A stretch of 32,000 nt of DNA from Candidatus Saccharimonadota bacterium (GTDB taxonomy: Bacteria > Pseudomonadota > Alphaproteobacteria > CAJXXZ01 > 1604HC): positions 120,001 through 152,000 of the forward strand of contig NZ_CP043315.1 in the NCBI RefSeq assembly GCF_008189285.1, in the 5' to 3' direction. The notes under the pieces are model-generated. The model did no database searches and was not told the origin of the DNA. It saw only the letters and a program-made list of their open reading frames with translations. Every line of letters starts with the position of its first letter. Position 1 is the stretch's first letter. Positions 10,633 through 18,185 of this stretch are shown here, piece by piece. Made by a program: the position numbers and the translations under genes.

Positions 10633-10873
10633 ATGTGCTCCAACACTCTAATTTATTTGACAATAAAATTTCCATCATTGCATTTGCATTTCTAACAGGC
10701 ATGTATATTAACATATTTCCATTAGATTTCCTCGCTATTGTCCATGGCTTAGGAATCAGATTCATAATTTTAACTTGCTGAATTAGGGATTTGCGACCTA
10801 TATTTGATATAAATATAAATCCATCATTCATTGCATATGTGAATATAGCTGTTGTCATGATTAAAAATTTCAC
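10625..10873 (-). CDS. Small hypothetical protein, first gene of the envelope operon
   Basis: 82-aa ORF with a GTG start at 10871-10873 and an alternative ATG at 10856-10858. It overlaps the next ORF by 8 nt. I recognised no family. Confidence 0.4.
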   Translation of the reverse strand: MKFLIMTTAIFTYAMNDGFIFISNIGRKSLIQQVKIMNLIPKPWTIARKSNGNMLIYMPVRNANAMMEILLSNKLECWSTYA

Positions 10874-10941
10874 TACACTTATTATAATAGAATTGCTTCA
10901 TAATTTGTAGTATGGCAATAATTTATGATTGCTATGATATA

Positions 10942-11362
10942 ATTGCGGCAACCTTCGATTACCGCGATATTGGATTAATCTTTATAATTTACTTTTGCAA
11001 TTTGCTGTATTGCGGCAACCTTCGATTACCGCGATATTGGATTAATCTTTATAATTTACTTTTGCAATTTGCTGTATTGCGGCAACCTTCGATTACCGCG
11101 ATATTGGATTAATCTTTATAATTTACTTTTGCAATTTGCTGTATTGCGGCAACCTTCGATTACCGCGATATTGGATTAATCTTTATAATTTACTTTTGCA
11201 ATTTGCTGTATTGCGGCAACCTTCGATTACCGCGATATTGGATTAATCTTTATAATTTACTTTTGCAATTTGCTGTATTGCGGCAACCTTCGATTACCGC
11301 GATATTGGATTAATCTTTATAATTTACTTTTGCAATTTGCTGTATTGCGGCAACCTTCGATT
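10942..11362. repeat. Perfect tandem repeat, 67-bp unit x 6.3
   Basis: The unit is attgcggcaaccttcgattaccgcgatattggattaatctttataatttacttttgcaatttgctgt. Copies start at 10942, 11009, 11076, 11143, 11210 and 11277, with a 19-nt partial copy at 11344-11362. I saw no mismatches between copies. Degenerate unit-like sequence flanks the array at about 10915-10941 and about 11419-11450. Confidence 0.97.
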
Positions 11363-11541
11363 GAGAAAGTATAAAGGCAAATTTGAAATTATTAAGATCA
11401 TTATCTGATTTGATTATTTTTATAATTTAGTTTACTGCCTGTTTAGTTTGTAATTATTCCACAATTTGATTTTTTTAATGTGAATGAAGTTTACAATCAT
11501 AATTGATTTAATTTTGATTATAAAAGTTTGCTTGATTGAGT

Positions 11542-13185
11542 TTATAAGCTGTCGTATGGCTTAATTCCAAGCAAGTTCATTGCTTGGGTTATAGTCTTTT
11601 TAACAGAATGAGCCAATACCATCCTATCATTTGTATATTTTTCATTTTGCTGCAAAATCCATCTTTTTTCAGGATCCATCTTTCCTTCATTCCATATAGA
11701 GTGAAATTTTTCTGCTATAGATGTTAAGTAATGGGTCATTTTATGAACCTCTAAAGTTCTTGTTATAGATTTTATGCATTTTCTAAAATCAAGTAATATT
11801 TTCAACAAACTACACATTGACTCAGTGAGAGAATCTAATGAGAAGTTAAAATCTAATTCTTTATTGTGAGCGTTAAACATGGAGTGTATTCTTGCATGTG
11901 CATATTGCAAATAGTAAAAAGGATTTTCCATAGACAGCTCTACTATTTGATCTGTGTTAACTGTGTAATGTGTATCTAGGCTTTTGCTTAACATAAGAAA
12001 TCTAAACATATCTTTTCCTATACCTTCAACAGCCTCTCTCAATCCAAGTGCATTTCCCGATCTTTTAGAAATTTTTATATTTTCTCCATTTTGCTTAAAA
12101 AGAACTACTTGGCATGTTTTTATATCTAATTTAATGTCATCAGCAAGATTTAAAACTGCATTTTGAAGTCTTTTTATGTACCCATCATGATCTGCTCCCA
12201 AAACAACTATCATCCATTTAAAATCACGCTTGATTTTATCGTAGAAATAACCAATATCGTTAGCAAAATAAGTATTGGACCCATCAGGTTTTGTAAGAGC
12301 TCTGTCTTCTGAATCTTCAAACTTTGAACTTCTGAATAATGTAAGGGTTTGATGCGATTCTTCTCCTTTTTTACTATGTATTGTTCCTAATTTTCCTTCA
12401 TATATCAAATCTTTATTTCTTAATATTTCAAATGCTTCAGAAACTTTGCATATTATATCGCTCTCAAAAACCCATTCATCATGTTTTATTCCAACGCTAA
12501 GAAGATCTTCTTTGATAATTTCAATAATATATTTCATGCTAAATGATTTAAAATGCTCTTTATAATTATTTTTATCCCATTTCTCTGAATCATTTTTGTA
12601 TATTTCTTGAGCTATATCAGAAATGTAAGATCCCTTATATTGCTCTTCTAGCTCTAAAGAAGGAAGATTTTGCAATTTTAAATACTCTGAAAACACTGAA
12701 TCTGCAAGTATATTTATTTGATTTCCAGCATCATTTACATAATATTCTTTTGTTGTGTTGTATCCAGCAAATCGAAGTATATTTGCTAAAGAATCTCCAT
12801 ATACTGATCTTGCATTTCCATAATGAAGCGGGCCAGTTGGATTTGCAGAAACAAATTCTACATTTACTTTAATGTTATTTTTCTCAAAAGTATTTTTATC
12901 ATCTATAATATTTTTCAATCCATCATGTAAAAAATTATCATGCAAGTGGAAATTTAAAAAGCCATTTTTTGACATTGTTATATCTTTGATATACTTATTA
13001 TTGATTTTAGTCTTAATTTGTTCAAATATGTCTTTAGGAGATTTCTTCATATGCTTACTTAATATAAAAAGTGCATTTGTGGATAAATCCGCATGATTAT
13101 TGTTGGAAGTAAAAAAGATATCTTTTGTGTGAGTTTTTTGTCCTAATTCTACGATCAAATCACTCTCTAATTGCATGAAGTCCAT
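11542..13185 (-). CDS. argS: Arginine--tRNA ligase
   Basis: 547 aa. Class I HIGH region SANPTGPLHYGNARS, an ISKRSG segment and an ArgRS-like C-terminal anticodon-binding region. Confidence 0.93.
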   Translation of the reverse strand: MDFMQLESDLIVELGQKTHTKDIFFTSNNNHADLSTNALFILSKHMKKSPKDIFEQIKTKINNKYIKDITMSKNGFLNFHLHDNFLHDGLKNIIDDKNTFEKNNIKVNVEFVSANPTGPLHYGNARSVYGDSLANILRFAGYNTTKEYYVNDAGNQINILADSVFSEYLKLQNLPSLELEEQYKGSYISDIAQEIYKNDSEKWDKNNYKEHFKSFSMKYIIEIIKEDLLSVGIKHDEWVFESDIICKVSEAFEILRNKDLIYEGKLGTIHSKKGEESHQTLTLFRSSKFEDSEDRALTKPDGSNTYFANDIGYFYDKIKRDFKWMIVVLGADHDGYIKRLQNAVLNLADDIKLDIKTCQVVLFKQNGENIKISKRSGNALGLREAVEGIGKDMFRFLMLSKSLDTHYTVNTDQIVELSMENPFYYLQYAHARIHSMFNAHNKELDFNFSLDSLTESMCSLLKILLDFRKCIKSITRTLEVHKMTHYLTSIAEKFHSIWNEGKMDPEKRWILQQNEKYTNDRMVLAHSVKKTITQAMNLLGIKPYDSL

Positions 13186-13368
13186 GCCCTAGATTAAGTT
13201 AATAATGAAAAGTTTGGTAGATGTTTTTGATAATGAAATTTCCATAATGTTTTTACTATCCTTAAGAACTAAAAAATGCAATGCGCCAAAAATTAAAAAA
13301 TCTGCAATATTATATATAAATATATATAAAATTAAAAATTATCAAATTAAAAATTCAGATATGAGTAA

Positions 13369-14745
13369 TTAGAAGGGAAGTCCACATGAAGATAATGTGG
13401 CTTCCATAAAGTTTTTTACCTCTTCATATGCTTCTTCATTCCATCCTTCACACCTAGCTGATATTACATTTTCTGTTTGAGATGCTCTTGCCATCCACCA
13501 TCCATTGTGATGATTTACAAGTATGTTGTCATGCAATGTTTCAATCATAAGCTCTGATCTAGACAAGGAATCTCTAAGATATTTCATAACCTCATGCTTA
13601 TTAAGATCTCCACAATTTATTCTAATTGACTTACTTGCCCATACTTTTGGCATAAATGATTTTATGTCAGATAATTTGCATGGTATGCAATTGATAATAT
13701 TTAGCAATCTCAATCCACTATATATTCCATCATCTGCGCAGAAGAAAGAATCTCTAAACATATAATGACCACTTATTTCTCCTCCAAGCATAGCTTTTTG
13801 CTTTCTGATTGAATTTATAACATAGCAATGTCCAGTTTTGCTTAATGTTATGTCTACTCCAAATGCAGATGCATATTTTATTAAGGTTTTGCTAGATTTT
13901 GAATCCCATATAGCTTTAATAGGTTCCCCTCCATTCATTCTTGACGTTATGCTAAATATCAAAAGAAGCTCATCTCCGCTCCATGCTTTTTGGTTTTCGT
14001 CCACAACAACCATTCTGTCCGCATCTCCATCAAAAGCTAGTGATATATATCCTTTTTTATTTGCAATTGTTTTGCATGTATAATTTAAAAATTCAGGTTT
14101 TGTATTGTCAAAATCTTTACATTCTGTATTTTCTTCAATTCTGGAAAAGGAATGAGATTCAGGAAGATATTTGGCGCAATGTTCAAGCATGTCTCCAGCA
14201 ACTCCATGTCCTGCATCCCAAACCACATTAGTATTTTCTATATTCATATGCTGAAAAAGATAATGAATGTATTCTTCCATAAAGTTTTTATAGGACCTTG
14301 TTCCTTTTCCTTTGTAAAACACATTATTTTTAATTCTGTCGTACAGCTCAATTAAATCTTGACCATAAAAGTTTTTTCCTTTCATGTAAAATTTAAATCC
14401 ATTGTATCTTATTGGATTATGAGAAGCTGTAATCATTGTAGATGCATCAGTTCCTAGGAATTTATATGCCAATGCTGTATATGCCGTTGATGCTCTTCCT
14501 ACACTGACAACATTAACTCCAGAATCTAATAATCCTTCGATGTACTTTTCATTAAACTCTATAGATGATGGTCTTCTATCATATCCAACAGCAACAGTTT
14601 TGCCGCCTTGGCATTGCAATATGGATCCAAACGATAATCCTATCAAATAAGCTTGATCTGGGCCAAAATGTTCATTAACGCATCCTCTAATATCATAATC
14701 TCCAATGGCATGTTGGAAATCTATAGAAATATTGGATATATTCAT
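13369..14745 (-). CDS. Phosphomannomutase/phosphoglucomutase (alpha-D-phosphohexomutase)
   Basis: 458 aa. Catalytic-serine loop TASHNPIRYNGFKF, metal loop FDGDADR and sugar loop GGEISGH. Confidence 0.9.
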   Translation of the reverse strand: MNISNISIDFQHAIGDYDIRGCVNEHFGPDQAYLIGLSFGSILQCQGGKTVAVGYDRRPSSIEFNEKYIEGLLDSGVNVVSVGRASTAYTALAYKFLGTDASTMITASHNPIRYNGFKFYMKGKNFYGQDLIELYDRIKNNVFYKGKGTRSYKNFMEEYIHYLFQHMNIENTNVVWDAGHGVAGDMLEHCAKYLPESHSFSRIEENTECKDFDNTKPEFLNYTCKTIANKKGYISLAFDGDADRMVVVDENQKAWSGDELLLIFSITSRMNGGEPIKAIWDSKSSKTLIKYASAFGVDITLSKTGHCYVINSIRKQKAMLGGEISGHYMFRDSFFCADDGIYSGLRLLNIINCIPCKLSDIKSFMPKVWASKSIRINCGDLNKHEVMKYLRDSLSRSELMIETLHDNILVNHHNGWWMARASQTENVISARCEGWNEEAYEEVKNFMEATLSSCGLPF

Positions 14746-14747
14746 GA

Positions 14748-15125
14748 TTAAATATTATTGAAATATCGTGGATATGTAAAGTTTTTTTCAGGTTTTTGTG
14801 GAGCTTCTATGTTGCATATCGCAGTAGGGTTTGCAATGAGACGTTTTAAACTTATTGTTTTTTTAGTTTTTGGACAAATTCCATATACGCCATTCTGCAT
14901 TCTAATTAATGCAAGCTGTACTTCCTTTAGCATTTTTTGAGATTTTCTTTGCTCTTCCATCAGAACTTCATCGTTCAAGCTATTGGATATATTTTCCAGC
15001 TCTTCTGAACTTTTTTCTTTTTTATATTTAGAAATTCTGTTTGAGATTTCATAGATGAGCTCTCTTTCCATTTCTTCTAATTTCACTTTAAAATATGATA
15101 AATCTTTACTGCTTAATGTTTTCAT
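14748..15125 (-). CDS. dksA: DksA/TraR-family RNA polymerase-binding regulator (Cys-poor variant)
   Basis: 125 aa with an N-terminal coiled coil. The C-terminal stretch LKEVQLALIRMQNGVYGICPKTKKTISLKRLIANPTAICNIE matches the DksA pattern AL.Ri..G.YG.C..CG..I...RL.a.P.a..C..C. Only one Cys of each CxxC pair is retained. Confidence 0.7.
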   Translation of the reverse strand: MKTLSSKDLSYFKVKLEEMERELIYEISNRISKYKKEKSSEELENISNSLNDEVLMEEQRKSQKMLKEVQLALIRMQNGVYGICPKTKKTISLKRLIANPTAICNIEAPQKPEKNFTYPRYFNNI

Positions 15126-15249
15126 ATATTCTCCATTGGATTTATTCTAGACTTCATTATTAAATAAAATAAAAAGAAATACTGAATAATATGCAAAATA
15201 TAGTATAAAATTTTATTTGTTTTAAATTGATTGTATCTATATTTAATAT

Positions 15250-15534
15250 ATGAGATTTATTATATTAGAATCATTGGCTCTCTCTGCTCTTGTTAGTTTC
15301 TATAGCATAGGAGTTGCTTTTTGCTTGTTATTTTCTTTGTATTTTGCAAATGAAATTACTAATTATTTGATTTGGCCAATTTTATTATTAAGATTATTGT
15401 ATGTTGTTATTTGGCTCATTATTGGAGCGTGGATTGGATCTAATATAGGATTTTTTGCAATGTATTTTACCGCTATATCTGCTTCTCTGATGTCTGTATT
15501 TATTCAATATACTTTTTGGAAAAGAATTTATTGA
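15250..15534 (+). CDS. Small hypothetical integral membrane protein
   Basis: 94 aa, almost entirely hydrophobic, with about 3 predicted TM helices. I recognised no family. Confidence 0.45.
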   Translation: MRFIILESLALSALVSFYSIGVAFCLLFSLYFANEITNYLIWPILLLRLLYVVIWLIIGAWIGSNIGFFAMYFTAISASLMSVFIQYTFWKRIY

Positions 15535-15600
15535 TCTTGAATGATAAAAATCCATTCAATTGATTTGTTATATTTATTTTTAATAATAAATTTTATTCAA

Positions 15601-16026
15601 CTAATTTGTTAATTTATGAATTTTACTAACCCAATTATTTAATTGATCGATCATTATATTGATTTCATCAGATGTATTGCCACATGCAGAATGAACAATA
15701 ATTTCATTATTTTCTATGAATGCTATTGTTCCTGGAGTTAGCGTGATCCATATTGCAAGCGCAGATTGAGAGGCATTTGATAGATGAATAGCGTTAAATT
15801 TCAGCATTGTTTCGATTTGAGAATGGTTTATTATTATTTTAACAAAAGAAAAATAAGACTTAGCTATAGATAATAATATTGTATATGATATCTCTAATAT
15901 GATCAGACAGACACATAAAATATTTTTGATTTTCTTTACAATTTTCATATAAGTAACTAGATTATTAATATGAGTACTGTATATCAAGTCAGTGATGTAT
16001 GCAAGGTTTATAAGAACAACATACAT
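15601..16026 (-). CDS. Monovalent cation/H+ antiporter subunit E-like protein (MrpE/MnhE family)
   Basis: The stretch KSYFSFVKIIINHS...ALAIWITLTPGTIAFIENNEIIVHSA matches the MnhE signature (ITLTPGT followed by I.IH(A/S)). The longest ORF overlaps the divergent ABC ATPase start by 57 nt. An internal ATG at 15946-15948 would give a 115-aa product without the overlap. Confidence 0.55.
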   Translation of the reverse strand: MYVVLINLAYITDLIYSTHINNLVTYMKIVKKIKNILCVCLIILEISYTILLSIAKSYFSFVKIIINHSQIETMLKFNAIHLSNASQSALAIWITLTPGTIAFIENNEIIVHSACGNTSDEINIMIDQLNNWVSKIHKLTN

Positions 16027-16701
16027 GCTCTCAAAAATATTTCACTAACTATAAGACAAGGTGAGATTTTGGGATTAATTGGAGTGAATGGATCTGGTAA
16101 AACAACTTTATCTTCCATTATTGCAGGATTAATTCCAGCAACTTCAGGAAGCATTATGCATAATGATAAACCAATTTATAAAAACCTTTCAGAATATAAG
16201 AGATTAATTGGCCTATGTCCGCAAAAATTGAATTTAGATAATAGAATTACTGTAAAAGAGAATCTTATTAATGATGGATTATTTTTTGGTTTTACATACG
16301 ATGAATCTGTAGATAAATTTAATTCATTATCTGAAAAATTAATGTTGGGGAAATATGAAGATTCTTATCCTGCAGTTTTGTCTGGTGGGTACAAGCAACG
16401 AGTCGCGATTGCTAGGGCATTAATGCATAATCCTAAACTAGTTATTTTTGATGAACCTACACTTGGCCTAGATCCAAATGTTAGGAAAAATTTATGGGAT
16501 ATTATATTGAATCTTAAAAAAGAAGGAATTTCTGTTCTTCTTACAACGCATTACATGGATGAGGTTGAATATTTATCAGATAGAATATGTATTTTGCATA
16601 ATGGAGAAATGCAATTCTTAGGAAAATTGGATGAGTTAAAATCTAAAAAAGAGGGAAACCTGGAAGAAATTATGGTTAAAATAGGAGAAGACGGAATATG
16701 A
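15970..16701 (+). CDS. ABC transporter ATP-binding protein (ABC-2 exporter type)
   Basis: 243 aa. Walker A GVNGSGKTT, signature LSGGYKQRVAIARAL, Walker B LVIFDEPTLGLD, H-loop TTHYMDE. It is coupled to the permease by an ATGA overlap. Confidence 0.9.
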   Translation: MSTVYQVSDVCKVYKNNIHALKNISLTIRQGEILGLIGVNGSGKTTLSSIIAGLIPATSGSIMHNDKPIYKNLSEYKRLIGLCPQKLNLDNRITVKENLINDGLFFGFTYDESVDKFNSLSEKLMLGKYEDSYPAVLSGGYKQRVAIARALMHNPKLVIFDEPTLGLDPNVRKNLWDIILNLKKEGISVLLTTHYMDEVEYLSDRICILHNGEMQFLGKLDELKSKKEGNLEEIMVKIGEDGI

Positions 16702-17465
16702 TTACATTTTTAAGATTGATCCAAATGGAGTGCATGATTATTGTTAGAAACATGACAGATAGCTTAATTAACAATGCTATATTTTGCACGCTTATAGCAT
16801 TAGTATCTGGATATATTTTTAAAGCTTTTGGAACTTCTAGTTCGTTTGCATCTCTTCAGGCTGCAAGCTTGATTGTAAGTGTTGTTGGATTTGAATCCTA
16901 CAGAAGCATCTTTAGATTATTAAGTGATTTAGAAGGGGAAAAGCATATTCAGTATTATTTCACTCTACCTATAGCAAATAGTTTGATTTTTCTTAAGATG
17001 GTTTTGTCTTTTGTTTTTAATGGAGTGCTTTTTGGAACTTTTTCATTATTCATTTTAAGAATAGTTTTGTTTAAGCATATAATTTTGAAAAATATAAATT
17101 TCGGATTATTTTTTCTTACCTTAACAGTTATTGGAGGTTTTTTTGGAACCTTTTCATTTTTCTTAGCGGCATATACAAAAAATATGATGAAAATTGGAAA
17201 TACATTAATGAGAATTTTATTTCCTATGTGGATTATAGGAGGATTTCAATTTTCTTATGCTATAGCTAAATCTATATCTCCTATTCTTGGATATATTGCA
17301 TTATGCAGTCCTTATACTTATGCAAATGAAGCGATGAGATATGTTGTATTAGGGTCGGGAGATTTTATTAATATATGGATATCTTTGCCTGTTCTGATTA
17401 TTTTTACTTTATTGTGTTGGGTTTTCGGAATTAGAAAACTAAGAAAAAGATTAGATTTTATCTAA
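16698..17465 (+). CDS. ABC-2 type transporter permease
   Basis: 255 aa with about 6 TM helices, translationally coupled to the preceding ATPase. Confidence 0.8.
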   Translation: MITFLRLIQMECMIIVRNMTDSLINNAIFCTLIALVSGYIFKAFGTSSSFASLQAASLIVSVVGFESYRSIFRLLSDLEGEKHIQYYFTLPIANSLIFLKMVLSFVFNGVLFGTFSLFILRIVLFKHIILKNINFGLFFLTLTVIGGFFGTFSFFLAAYTKNMMKIGNTLMRILFPMWIIGGFQFSYAIAKSISPILGYIALCSPYTYANEAMRYVVLGSGDFINIWISLPVLIIFTLLCWVFGIRKLRKRLDFI

Positions 17466-17659
17466 ACTCAAATATTTATCTTGCAAATTAGCTTAACTCG
17501 AATTTTATTTTATTACGTTTAAGTTTATTTCTACTTCACTTCGTTTGCTTGATAAACTTGCACTACGTTTAAGTTTGTTCGTCTAATTTAGATAATTCGC
17601 TTATTATTTTCTTAATTTAAATAGATTTTATTTTTTATATAATTTATGTAATATGTGTC

Positions 17660-18043
17660 ATGAGAATTAAACATATATTAAATTTCTTTTTAATAGGAAT
17701 TTTAGCCTTTTCATTTTTGTTGATTAAGTATGGAGGGATTCATCCATGCATGTTTTGTGTTATTTCTAGATTAACTTTCTTTGGAGCTTTAATTTTTTCA
17801 TGGTTGAGCTTATTTAGACATGCATACATATATATTTCAACTATTTTGTTATTAGGAAATTTCGCCTTTGGAAATGTAGCTTTATATTTTTACATAAATG
17901 GAATAGAGCCTTCATGGTGTTGTGTTGAGGGTGGATCATGCTTAGAGCAAAATACATTTTTAGAGCTTCCGATGCAATTTTGGGTTATTTGTCTTAGCTC
18001 TATTGGTTTAGTTTTATCTTTATTAGCATCAAGAAATAAATAA
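17660..18043 (+). CDS. Disulfide bond formation protein B-like membrane protein
   Basis: 127 aa with 4 hydrophobic segments. A first-loop motif HPCMFCVISRL resembles the DsbB PCxLCxxQR pattern, and a second Cys cluster reads PSWCCVEGGSC. It is shorter than E. coli DsbB. Confidence 0.55.
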   Translation: MRIKHILNFFLIGILAFSFLLIKYGGIHPCMFCVISRLTFFGALIFSWLSLFRHAYIYISTILLLGNFAFGNVALYFYINGIEPSWCCVEGGSCLEQNTFLELPMQFWVICLSSIGLVLSLLASRNK

Positions 18044-18185
18044 TTTGATAAATTATCCCTATTAAATCACGCATTTTAATCAAATTCTTTCATCAATAAT
18101 TGAATTCCTTTTCGTTGTAATTTAAATTAAATATTTTATGCGTTTTATGTTGCTTATCGACTTGTAATTGCCTAAACTATAATTA

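Noticed and set aside
10912-11112. 66-aa ORF in the ORF track
   Set aside because: It simply reads through the 67-bp tandem units. The unit length is not a multiple of 3, so the frame rotates and terminates. Its repetitive translation is an artefact.
10942-11362. The 67-bp repeat array as a CRISPR array
   Set aside because: The units are directly abutting with no unique spacers, the unit length is far above CRISPR repeat size, and no cas genes are present.
15126-15969. The minus-to-plus strand switch as the chromosomal replication origin
   Set aside because: The gene orientation pattern is compatible with an origin, but I saw no DnaA-box-like TTATCCACA motifs or dnaA/dnaN nearby. Orientation switches again around gyrB. 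Cumulative GC-skew over the whole genome would be needed.
17466-17659. A possible tRNA or small RNA in the spacer, which has a repeated tacgtttaagttt(a/g)tt motif (17513-17529, 17563-17579)
   Set aside because: There is no cloverleaf-compatible sequence, T-loop or acceptor features. It is just a 17-nt imperfect direct repeat in AT-rich spacer.
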